A DNA stretch of 64,000 nt from a virus (taxonomy: Duplodnaviria; Caudoviricetes): the IMG/VR virus record IMGVR_UViG_3300023115_000018, positions 1 through 64,000 of that record, one strand, 5' to 3'. Of this stretch, positions 55,183 to 64,000 are shown piece after piece. Under the pieces are notes generated by a model. The model did not search any database, had not been told where the DNA came from, and saw only the letters and a program-made list of their open reading frames with translations. Made by a program: the position numbers and the translations under genes. Each line of letters opens with the position of its first letter. The stretch's first letter is position 1.

Positions 55183-58100
55183 ATGCCACAGTTTCAAACC
55201 GCCAATGGACAAAAGATACAGGTTGCAACTAAACTAGTTTCAAATATTATAGTTGAAACTATTGATCCACCACAAGTCGAATATGTAAATTACTTTACTC
55301 CAGATATTGATCCTAGAAATAATGCGATTGATCTAGAAAGAATAAAAACTTATCAAGGACAAACATATGAGGTTAGACGTTCTGATTTAGTATGGAACTA
55401 TGGACTAGAACTTGATGAGATTGGTTATGCAAACTATTTCTATACAAATGGAATAAATTTAGCACAAAGATATTATGACAACTTAGTTCAAACAAGTGTT
55501 CATAGAGGTGGTATTGGAGAATATAATCCAAACTTTTATATTGAAGTAGAAAGTATTGGTTCGGACGCTGCCAATGTCACCGCAAATTCCAGTGAATATC
55601 GATCTCAAAGGATCGATTATTACAATCCAATCACAAAACAAATTGATAAAAAACTCTATCATACAAGTCGAGGAGTTAGAGTTACAAAATTAACCAAGAA
55701 TGGTAGTTTTTGGACATTTGTTGATAGTATTCAATATGACACTTTTGATAGTACAGAGTCTCTTAGTACATTTTTGGTGGCAGGACAAGACGCAGTTGTT
55801 GGTGAGGTATATGAACTTGTAGGGACATACGATATAAATGACTCTGATACTTTTGCTGCATTAGATTCTATGGGATTTATTGCAGGATCAGTTGAGTCTC
55901 CAACAATTTCCACCAGAGCCACATTGCAAAATTTACCACCAGAAAATTTTACAGTTACTTTTAGAGAAGTTAGAACTGTAGGATATTTCAATGCAATAAA
56001 TCTAAGAAATTTTATATCTACTTTTTCTGATGGTGATATGATTATTATAAACACTTTTGATGAACCTAGTGCGAATAAAAATTTATGGACAGGCGAATTA
56101 AGTAATAATTTTATTACAAGTTTTGCAAATTCTGCATGGGATTATAGAAGTGCATATTTATATATTGGTATAAAAAATGGAGAAAAAATAGATGAACAAT
56201 ATGCCGAAGATACATCTGCGAAATTATATACTACGATAAACTCTGAGTTATTATTTGACCCTGTTACAGCAACAACATACACATCAATTTATGATGAGTT
56301 TAGTCAAGGCGGATTTAAAAACAAGTATAATGTAAACAAAAGATATATTCCACAAATTAGTTCTACCTTAGATGAACAACAGGATGGGGTATATGTTGTA
56401 TTAGATGGTTATGATAGAAAAACTGCAACCGTTCCATTTAAATATTGGCATCCAAGACATCCTTCGCAGAGAATGAATACACTTGAAGATGTATTTCATT
56501 TTTCGGTAAGTGTCAAGGACATAGATTTTAGTTTATTCGAAGAACATTTAAGAGTATCTGTTTATCATTCAAAAGAAAACCACGAAGATGTGTTGGAAGA
56601 TTTAACCAATTTTTATTCTAAAAATACATCATCTTTAATTGATGAAATAGACTTTGATTTGAGTGGACAAGTAGATAAAGAATGGGTACATCTGAGTATT
56701 GATTTGCTTTCTCTCAATTTTCCATCATATGATGGCATAGTCTGGTTTGAGATTGAAAGAATTCCTAGATTATTTGATAACCCATTTACCGATGGTTTCC
56801 GAGCGGATCAAATATTTAATTCTTGGTATAGATTTTCTCATTTAGGTGATGAGGCAGTATATCCATTTGACCCACAAGATGAATTAGAAACTGCATATGT
56901 ATATGATATTGTCGATAATAAAATAGTTTCTACTCAAAATTTCAGAGGTTATACTGGATTTGTTTCTTTTGAATCTTATGAAAATTATAATTTAGAAGTT
57001 AGGGTAAAGAGTGGAGAGTTTGATAATGATGCAGTTGGTTTAATTATTGGTTTTGTATTTGAAGATGGAAAAGAATACACGTTAAGTGTATTACGAGCTC
57101 TTGGACAACACTTTAGAGGTAAGTCTTGGCTTGCAATTGCAAACTGTAATCAGGCAAGTAGCACTCTTGGTGAACCTTGGGAATGGTTGGGGTTACGTCC
57201 TGATGAAGTTATTGATTATGAATATGAATTTGATAAAGATATCAATCCTTTCTATCACGAAATATGGGATGGAACTCCTACTGCACCAAAACCAGAAGTT
57301 CCTGCTGAATTTTTGGATGCAGAGGTGGAATCACAGGGCCCTCAGTGGAATATGTTTCCTAATGGAACAAAAATAAGAATTGAAAAACGTGCAAATATCG
57401 TAAAACTTTATACAAGTCAGTTTAATGACCCAGAAACTATTGATCCATCTACAGAGATTGAAATTGATTTGTCATCAGACCCAGAATTGGAAAGGTTTAT
57501 TTACTCTAGAATTGGTATCAGTAACTTTTCTGCAGCAGATGCATCTTGGGAAGATGTTACATTTGAACCACTGATCGATGTGGCGACAGAGACTACTTCT
57601 GAAGATTATCCAACATCTAGAAACGGTTTCATTGCAGTGGGTGGAATGGGAACTGAAAGAACTTACATGTCAGAAGAGTTGTCGGGCCCAGTTTCAAATC
57701 CTTACTTCATTGAAACAATTAACTCAACTAAGTTTGTTATTGATAGACAACAACTAGAATCGGTTGCGAAGTTTAATTTAAGAACTTTTGAATTGTCCGT
57801 TGGAATGGACGGATATAATCAAGATGTTGTTGAATTGATGCGCCCTGATTTATATGGAGCAACAATTCTAGATTATAACAATATTAATATGATATTGCAA
57901 TCAAAAACTATTCACTTCGACTATTCGCCGTTTACTGGTGGAAAGTCACTGGATATTTCTAAAATCTGGGAAATGGACTTTGTTGATAGAAGGTCAAGTA
58001 CGCCAATATTTGAACAGACTCTAGGCGGACTAAAAGTAAAACAAGATTTAATAACAAAAATTTGGGAAGTAAATCTTGCAGGAATAACTTATAACTTTGG

Positions 58101-60495
58101 AGATTTACCAAGAGCTGAATATACTATAATAAGAGATAATCTTAATTTATTGGGCGAATTGCCAAGGGCAGAATTTACTACATCTAATACACAAGATTTG
58201 ATATTAGATACTAATACTGGTTTATATTATTTTAAACCTAGTGATCAGGCATCTGATATAACAAAATCTTTATATTTTGGAAAACCAAAAGATATTAACA
58301 TTCCTATTAACCATTACTTTGCAAAATATAAAGACTCTGCATTTAAATATAACCAACAGATTGAAGAGGTAATGGATGTTGTAATTCCACCTAATGATTA
58401 TTTCATAAAATCTAGAGATATTGTTTTAGATAATACCTTATTTAAAGAGACTGTTAAAATATTTGAATTTGATTATCCTAAGTCTGTTTTCTTTGATAGA
58501 GCAAAAGATATTCAGTTTAATGTTGCACCTTTCTATACAGAAACTTTAGACAAGACATATATTAATAAATTATTCTTTATTGATTTGGATGAATGGAATA
58601 CTAGTTTAAACTTTAGTCCTTTCCAGTATAACATGGATGATGTTTCTTATATAATCGAACAAAACTATTTACTTGCAAAAGATACTGGTATTGACCCTAA
58701 AAATAGTTTTAAATTTAAAATGCTTGAAGAAATATTTAAACCGAAATTTATTATAAGCGATCAACCAACATATGAATTTATTTTTGACTCTTTTGTTGGC
58801 GTTTCGTCTAATCTTTGGGATTCTACAAAATTCCAACCTACTTATTATGAAAAATATGAAAGTGGACATCCTAGAAGTGATGGATCAGATGCATATGGAC
58901 ACGAACCTACCACTGTAGAAGTTCCTAAAAGTCGATATAAAGAGGGTGCTTTCTTAGGGTTTATAAAGGAAAATAGTGTTGGTAAAAATCACGGATGTGG
59001 CGCATTTCATGTAGACCAAGAATATAGAGAAACACAGGTTCTTGGTGATGTTGGTAGTGGAGGAAAATTCTTATTTGAATTTTCTGAAGTAGACTGGGAT
59101 TTAGACAAGAATGGTTCATTTGAAAGTGGATGGGGATTGGCCCGAGCAGCCAAAAAACAATATAACTTTACATATGAAATAATTAAAAACGATAAAACTG
59201 GTAGACTACCAGATTGTCTAGAATTGGATGGGAATATTATTAAAGGCAGACTCAGTGAAACTGATATGTTTGTGAGAAAAAACGCATTTGAAACTTGGAT
59301 GAAAAGTCAGGGTCAAGAAATAGATGGTGCGTGGATTTCGCACGCTGATAATATAGACTATGATTATTCTGATTTCCAATTAACCAATCCTAGAATATTT
59401 ACTTTGCAGATGACTGGTACAAACACTACTAGAGGAGAATTAGATGTAATACATTCCGGCGCCGAAAGATATTCTTTTGGTGAAGTTATTGTGCAAGGTG
59501 ATACTACTCTTGTAATTGACAGTGTTGGTTCTGATTATACAACTGAGGTTTTAAGGGATACTGGTGTTGAAACTGTAACGGTAACACGATATGAATATAG
59601 AGAACTGAAAGGTGAAATTGATATAACTTCAAATGAAACTACTCAAACTTCTGTTTTTGTTCCTAGTACTCAAACGGCATCTATTGAAATTGCAAAATTA
59701 CAAGAAGACTTAGTTTTTGCAACTGGAAACACTGCAACTCTTATACAAGAAAGAATCGATGAATTGCAGGATATTATAGATGGAAATGTCGCAAGCGAAG
59801 GTTATTTTGCAATTACAGACGAATCGCCAATCACAAATTTTAAATATGTCGAAAGTGAAGAAACATCCCTGCAAGCAATCGTACATGATTTTATTGTCGA
59901 TAACACTGGTGGATTGATAAAAAATATAGAAATAGTTATGCCAATCTGGAATAACTTTACATATGATAAAGATTTATTCTTGCACAAATCTGATAAAATA
60001 CAGACACCAGAGAATCAAGATAGATTAAAGTGGATTGAAGATCAAAGAAATAAGGGATATTACACATATGACCCTAGTAGAAACAATACTGCACTTGATA
60101 TTGCATGGATACAGGCAATAAATAATTATAATAATGGTATTATCACTTATGATGATTATGCATGGAAGAAAAATTTTATAATTAATTCTAGAAGTTTTAT
60201 GTCAGAAGAAAAGAGAGAAGAATATATAGAATATATTGAAAGTTTTGTAAAACTTGAAGTCGGAACAGCGGATAAGTATAATGTAAATAAATCAAAATTA
60301 TCAGAAGTTTCTATTGATTATTTTAATACAAATTATCCATATGTAGAGTCTGAAAATAATCAATTTACATATTTGGAAAATATTGAACCATTTGTACTTA
60401 ATTGTGAATTTGAGGTTTCAGAAGAAATATTCTATGACTTTGATCAGGATGCAAAAGTAATTAGAGGATATCCAGTATATGCCAGCTGTAACTAG
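55183..60495 (+). CDS. Large multidomain structural protein (ILEI/PANDER-like and lectin-like domains)
   Basis: SRGV..YDTF..IIINTFDEP..YRSAYLYIG (ILEI-like pattern); WYRFSH domain shared with gp7; overlaps PAAR gene. Confidence 0.65.
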   Translation: MPQFQTANGQKIQVATKLVSNIIVETIDPPQVEYVNYFTPDIDPRNNAIDLERIKTYQGQTYEVRRSDLVWNYGLELDEIGYANYFYTNGINLAQRYYDNLVQTSVHRGGIGEYNPNFYIEVESIGSDAANVTANSSEYRSQRIDYYNPITKQIDKKLYHTSRGVRVTKLTKNGSFWTFVDSIQYDTFDSTESLSTFLVAGQDAVVGEVYELVGTYDINDSDTFAALDSMGFIAGSVESPTISTRATLQNLPPENFTVTFREVRTVGYFNAINLRNFISTFSDGDMIIINTFDEPSANKNLWTGELSNNFITSFANSAWDYRSAYLYIGIKNGEKIDEQYAEDTSAKLYTTINSELLFDPVTATTYTSIYDEFSQGGFKNKYNVNKRYIPQISSTLDEQQDGVYVVLDGYDRKTATVPFKYWHPRHPSQRMNTLEDVFHFSVSVKDIDFSLFEEHLRVSVYHSKENHEDVLEDLTNFYSKNTSSLIDEIDFDLSGQVDKEWVHLSIDLLSLNFPSYDGIVWFEIERIPRLFDNPFTDGFRADQIFNSWYRFSHLGDEAVYPFDPQDELETAYVYDIVDNKIVSTQNFRGYTGFVSFESYENYNLEVRVKSGEFDNDAVGLIIGFVFEDGKEYTLSVLRALGQHFRGKSWLAIANCNQASSTLGEPWEWLGLRPDEVIDYEYEFDKDINPFYHEIWDGTPTAPKPEVPAEFLDAEVESQGPQWNMFPNGTKIRIEKRANIVKLYTSQFNDPETIDPSTEIEIDLSSDPELERFIYSRIGISNFSAADASWEDVTFEPLIDVATETTSEDYPTSRNGFIAVGGMGTERTYMSEELSGPVSNPYFIETINSTKFVIDRQQLESVAKFNLRTFELSVGMDGYNQDVVELMRPDLYGATILDYNNINMILQSKTIHFDYSPFTGGKSLDISKIWEMDFVDRRSSTPIFEQTLGGLKVKQDLITKIWEVNLAGITYNFGDLPRAEYTIIRDNLNLLGELPRAEFTTSNTQDLILDTNTGLYYFKPSDQASDITKSLYFGKPKDINIPINHYFAKYKDSAFKYNQQIEEVMDVVIPPNDYFIKSRDIVLDNTLFKETVKIFEFDYPKSVFFDRAKDIQFNVAPFYTETLDKTYINKLFFIDLDEWNTSLNFSPFQYNMDDVSYIIEQNYLLAKDTGIDPKNSFKFKMLEEIFKPKFIISDQPTYEFIFDSFVGVSSNLWDSTKFQPTYYEKYESGHPRSDGSDAYGHEPTTVEVPKSRYKEGAFLGFIKENSVGKNHGCGAFHVDQEYRETQVLGDVGSGGKFLFEFSEVDWDLDKNGSFESGWGLARAAKKQYNFTYEIIKNDKTGRLPDCLELDGNIIKGRLSETDMFVRKNAFETWMKSQGQEIDGAWISHADNIDYDYSDFQLTNPRIFTLQMTGTNTTRGELDVIHSGAERYSFGEVIVQGDTTLVIDSVGSDYTTEVLRDTGVETVTVTRYEYRELKGEIDITSNETTQTSVFVPSTQTASIEIAKLQEDLVFATGNTATLIQERIDELQDIIDGNVASEGYFAITDESPITNFKYVESEETSLQAIVHDFIVDNTGGLIKNIEIVMPIWNNFTYDKDLFLHKSDKIQTPENQDRLKWIEDQRNKGYYTYDPSRNNTALDIAWIQAINNYNNGIITYDDYAWKKNFIINSRSFMSEEKREEYIEYIESFVKLEVGTADKYNVNKSKLSEVSIDYFNTNYPYVESENNQFTYLENIEPFVLNCEFEVSEEIFYDFDQDAKVIRGYPVYASCN

Positions 60496-60769
60496 AAAGG
60501 GCGACACCTGTACAGGACACGGTTGTTTTCCACCAAGAGCGAGTGTCCAAGGAAGTGGAAATGTGTTTGTAAATAGTATTCCAGTTCATCGACAAAGTGA
60601 TGGATGGGCGACTCATTGTTGCCCGCCGCCCACATGTCATGGTTCTGTTCTTTCATCTGGTTCTAGTACAGTTTTTGCGAATGGATTACAGGTCGGTAGA
60701 ATAGGAGATCCAGTCGCATGTGGTTCTTCCGTTGCCGTTGGTAGTGGAAATGTTTTTGCTGGTGGATGA
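60479..60769 (+). CDS. PAAR spike-tip protein, T4 gp5.4-like
   Basis: MPAVTRKGDTCTGHGCFPPR, GSGNVFVNSIPVHRQSD, H..GSSTVFANG..VGRIGDPVACGS..GSGNVFAGG. Confidence 0.95.
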   Translation: MPAVTRKGDTCTGHGCFPPRASVQGSGNVFVNSIPVHRQSDGWATHCCPPPTCHGSVLSSGSSTVFANGLQVGRIGDPVACGSSVAVGSGNVFAGG

Positions 60770-60777
60770 TATAAATA
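60770..60777 (+). promoter_or_regulatory. T4-type late promoter
   Basis: Exact TATAAATA right after the PAAR stop; GGAG RBS before TTG 60807. Confidence 0.78.
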
Positions 60778-60806
60778 ATGTATAAAAGATAAGACGGAGT
60801 TTTTCA

Positions 60807-61739
60807 TTGGCAATTGCATATCCTATTAAGGCACTCGTACAACAGTCTGGTGATGTTGTTCTTGGAGAATTTTTAGAATCCGACTATATTGGTATTCTAG
60901 ATGGTGGTACTGGCGCAGGGGGAAGTAGAGAAAGTAATAGTCTTCCTGCAACAGCAACAGATGAAGAATTACTTGATGCAATCAGACAACAAATGCGAGA
61001 TAATTTTGAACTCGCACGATATGAAACATATTCTTCTATAATCGCAATTCAACAAGAAGTTCCAGATGCTGGTAGAATAGCAATGGATAGTACTTCTGGA
61101 AGATTGTTTTATGGTACAGGAGAAGCTTGGTTTGAAGTAGGACAGGCACTTTTAGTTCAAGATAATATCACTGGTGGACTTGAGTTTGGCGGAGATATTA
61201 TTGTTATATACAACCCAGACACGAGTACTACATCAGTAACGGTAGATTTTACACCACTTAGAAACCAAATAAACGCAATTATAGGTGGCTCTGGACTAAA
61301 TGCGGATGGTACTTATACTCCAAATGCAAACACCAATTTTATTTCTGGTGCAACTAGTCTAAATAATGCTGATGTATTGTTGGACACTGCTCTGCAAAAC
61401 GAAATTAATAGGGCAACTGGTGTAGAATCTTCTATTATATCACAAATAACAGGGGTTACTAACGACCTTGCAAATTTTGCATATGAAGGACACACTGCAG
61501 CACAGGTATCTGGTGCTGGAAAGGTTGGTATTGTTTATGATACCACCAGTGGAAAATACGAACCAACTAGTGATTTTGGAGTTGGTGGTTTTATAAAGTT
61601 CACCATGGAAGATGGTAGTAGGGATGATATTCCATTGACTACTACTTTCCACGGCAATCAAATATTAAGTGGTGTAGTTGAATTTTTTACGGCAAATGGT
61701 ACTCAAGACGATATAGATTTGGTCGTAAACGGTGTATAA
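60807..61739 (+). CDS. Fibre-related hypothetical structural protein
   Basis: TTG start; GGTGA motif; GLNADGTY..ATSL..LLDT segment shared with 32085 fibre; duplicated C-terminal F.M/T.DG..DDI.L motif. Confidence 0.65.
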   Translation: MAIAYPIKALVQQSGDVVLGEFLESDYIGILDGGTGAGGSRESNSLPATATDEELLDAIRQQMRDNFELARYETYSSIIAIQQEVPDAGRIAMDSTSGRLFYGTGEAWFEVGQALLVQDNITGGLEFGGDIIVIYNPDTSTTSVTVDFTPLRNQINAIIGGSGLNADGTYTPNANTNFISGATSLNNADVLLDTALQNEINRATGVESSIISQITGVTNDLANFAYEGHTAAQVSGAGKVGIVYDTTSGKYEPTSDFGVGGFIKFTMEDGSRDDIPLTTTFHGNQILSGVVEFFTANGTQDDIDLVVNGV

Positions 61740-61748
61740 ATTCTTTTT

Positions 61749-61756
61749 TATAAATA
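61749..61756 (+). promoter_or_regulatory. T4-type late promoter
   Basis: Exact TATAAATA; AGGAG RBS before ATG 61801. Confidence 0.8.
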
Positions 61757-61800
61757 ATAAGAAATAAATAATTGCAATTTAAAATAATAGGAGTTTATTA

Positions 61801-64000
61801 ATGTCTAAGTCTATCCAAAAAAATGAAATCATTCACATGGACGGATACTACAGAGATCCAAAGCGTGATGATTTTATTCCGCTTATACAACAAGTAACAG
61901 AACAGTTCTTAGAAAATGGATTTGATGATGTCGGGCCACAAATCACAAAGATTTCGGTCAGAGATTCAGAATTAACAAAATATATTGATGAATTTATCGT
62001 GTGGAATTATGATTCTGGCGTAACATCGTCAACAGAAGGTGCATATGGAATTGATAATCCTATCAGTCCTACTGGCGGGCAAACATTCACCCCATTTTAT
62101 CTAGACGGCGAGAGCTCAATCGCAAGAAGAAAAGAAATCGATGACCTTTATGATGATAAAGATTGGCATGATCTATTATCAGAAACATTTCCATCATCGC
62201 AGGCGGCCGGCACAGCAGGTCTCACTGCAGATAAAATATTGGGCCCAAATGCGGAATTATTTGCATATTTAAACCCACATCCAAATAGAAGAGGTGGTGG
62301 CGTAAATAGTTCTTGGGCAACTACAGTTACTATTGATGCCGATAGTGATCCAGCTGGTGCAACTACCGTAACCACCTATAATGCAGCTCAATTGTCTGTT
62401 GGTATGGAATTGAGATCAAATAATGGTGTTGCACTTTCGGCGCCATATCCAACAGTTACTGATATTAATATCAATATTGTTACTCTTTCAGACCCGATTA
62501 TTAGTGTGAGTGGACAGAATTTGGTATTTGGTACTGGTGATCCAAGACCTGCAACTCTGTTGAATGGACATTTTTACAAAGAGTCGCCTTCTCCTGTAAA
62601 AATTGCAAAGCAAAATCAAACTGGATATATCGGACTTCCAAATATTTCTAGGGCAGTTTATCAAAACGAATACAATAAAGTTAAAAGATGTCTGACAAAT
62701 ACAGCGAGAGATGTTAAATTTTTACCAGACATTGAATCTGGAATTAATACACAGGCAAAACTTCGTCAATATAGAGAAGAGGTAACAGCACAGGGTGATA
62801 TTTTTCACCATTTTTGGATTTCTAACTATAGAGATGAATTTTTCTTTCCTGCAGGAACACTAGAACCAAGAAGATATCGTGGGGAATTGATTGTAGGATA
62901 CCTTCACACATTTAATGGTAATAATCTACAAAGAGGCGATACTTATAAGTTTACTTTTGCGGTTACAAACCTTGCACCAAATTCAACTATTGAATACGAA
63001 ATTGATGTTCCTGTTGGTTTAGATAACAGTATTGTTGGATTTACGCAAGATGTTTATGATATATTGGTAAAAACTGCATTGTGCGACCCAAAGGGTGGGC
63101 CTTTCCTTGCGTCAATTAATCAAGACGATAGAGAAGGTGTAATTGAATTTGAATCTAGAGAAGTTGGTTTCTCTCTTGCTGTAAGTGTAGAGAGAACAGA
63201 ACGCCCTCAGGCAACCCTAGTAAACTCTTTAACTCAATTTACTGTTCCTATTACCACTGCAACATCTACTATTACAGATGGAACAACCACACTTGCAGCG
63301 GAACCTGTTTTCCCGAATGGATATTACCATCAAGTACAACTAAGAGGATTTGATGGTTGTAATATTGGGGACACCACCGTAATTACAATTTCTGGATTGG
63401 TTGATGAAACGCAAGTTGCCGCAGGAGTATACGAAACCGCAAATGCAACTTTAGATGATATTGTTCTTGAATTTAAGGCGTTGGAAAATTTAAACTCCGC
63501 ACAAATGACATCCCAGATTGTAAGCAGATTGCGTCAAATCGGTTATATCAACACCTATATGACAGTTAAATCTTCTGGTTCTTCAATTATATTAGAATAT
63601 AATAAAAATTCATCTGCATATTTTGCATTTGGCGGAAAAGGTAGATCTTCTGGGTTATCTTTAGCAGACTCTACTCATTTTGCAGGAAAAACAATAGGAG
63701 AAGTCACGGTTACTGACTATCCTGTTAATGGTGTCACCGTTGCAGATGTCGCCGCTACTCCATCTGCGTTTACAGTTTCTGGTACATATACTCTTGCAAC
63801 ACTTTTTACCGCAACAGATACTGGTAGAACTTCTAGTGGTGATGCGGATGTTGATGGTGATCCAATGGAGTTTGAACTTTCACAAACACAATCTCCACAA
63901 ATATCTGATGTATCAAAAGTTAGAATGCAATTTCCACTTGCAAGAGACTTTGGTACTTTTGCAAATCCAGTAAATGGAAACTGGAAAGTTCAAATCGGCG
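61801..64000 (+). CDS. Putative structural protein, probable paralogue family member 4 (3'-truncated by window)
   Basis: Absent from the ORF track, consistent with no stop inside the window. MSKSIQKNEIIHMDGYY... (cf. SIQRNDII, SIQRNEMV); window end reads SKVRMQFPL...WKVQIG (cf. KWRMRF...LKVNVA). Confidence 0.75.
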   Translation, partial: MSKSIQKNEIIHMDGYYRDPKRDDFIPLIQQVTEQFLENGFDDVGPQITKISVRDSELTKYIDEFIVWNYDSGVTSSTEGAYGIDNPISPTGGQTFTPFYLDGESSIARRKEIDDLYDDKDWHDLLSETFPSSQAAGTAGLTADKILGPNAELFAYLNPHPNRRGGGVNSSWATTVTIDADSDPAGATTVTTYNAAQLSVGMELRSNNGVALSAPYPTVTDININIVTLSDPIISVSGQNLVFGTGDPRPATLLNGHFYKESPSPVKIAKQNQTGYIGLPNISRAVYQNEYNKVKRCLTNTARDVKFLPDIESGINTQAKLRQYREEVTAQGDIFHHFWISNYRDEFFFPAGTLEPRRYRGELIVGYLHTFNGNNLQRGDTYKFTFAVTNLAPNSTIEYEIDVPVGLDNSIVGFTQDVYDILVKTALCDPKGGPFLASINQDDREGVIEFESREVGFSLAVSVERTERPQATLVNSLTQFTVPITTATSTITDGTTTLAAEPVFPNGYYHQVQLRGFDGCNIGDTTVITISGLVDETQVAAGVYETANATLDDIVLEFKALENLNSAQMTSQIVSRLRQIGYINTYMTVKSSGSSIILEYNKNSSAYFAFGGKGRSSGLSLADSTHFAGKTIGEVTVTDYPVNGVTVADVAATPSAFTVSGTYTLATLFTATDTGRTSSGDADVDGDPMEFELSQTQSPQISDVSKVRMQFPLARDFGTFANPVNGNWKVQIG

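Noticed and set aside
60479-60769. PAAR plus gp5/gp25/gp27 as a bacterial T6SS or eCIS locus
   Set aside because: Context includes gp32/gp33/gp59, gp2, gp4 and T4 late promoters, i.e. a T4-like phage.
62148-63973. Short ORFs 62148..62375 (-) and 63728..63973 (+)
   Set aside because: Both lie within the long frame-1 ORF starting at 61801 that runs off the window.

Overview
This AT-rich window is part of a large T4-like (Tevenvirinae/Kyanoviridae-style) myophage genome. The host is probably a marine alphaproteobacterium, which is an inference from a DUF1127 small-protein cassette. From left to right: the end of a replication/late-transcription block (gp33, gp59, gp32); a structured 3' RNA with a terminator; and a three-gene small-protein cassette. 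A minus-strand tail-assembly operon follows (gp4, gp2, gp54-like, gp26, gp51, an EF-hand membrane protein, a probable tape measure). Next is a plus-strand baseplate operon (gp48, gp53, gp27-like, gp5, gp25, gp6, giant gp7, gp8, VrlC-like). The last ~32 kb holds fibre/adhesin and unknown structural genes driven by TATAAATA late promoters. Four observations stand out. (1) A T8 slippery site predicts a -1 frameshift fusing gp26 to gp51, like a lambda G/GT tail-chaperone pair. (2) Four paralogous genes share a conserved scaffold with large variable inserts. (3) A 1663-aa hyper-acidic protein keeps a strict 14-residue period, and its neighbour shows a matching period. (4) A DUF1127 cassette sits behind a LysR-like palindrome and next to a predicted pseudoknot RNA. 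No tRNA, rRNA, CRISPR array, integrase or reverse transcriptase was seen. All family assignments are by eye from motifs and synteny; no database search was run.
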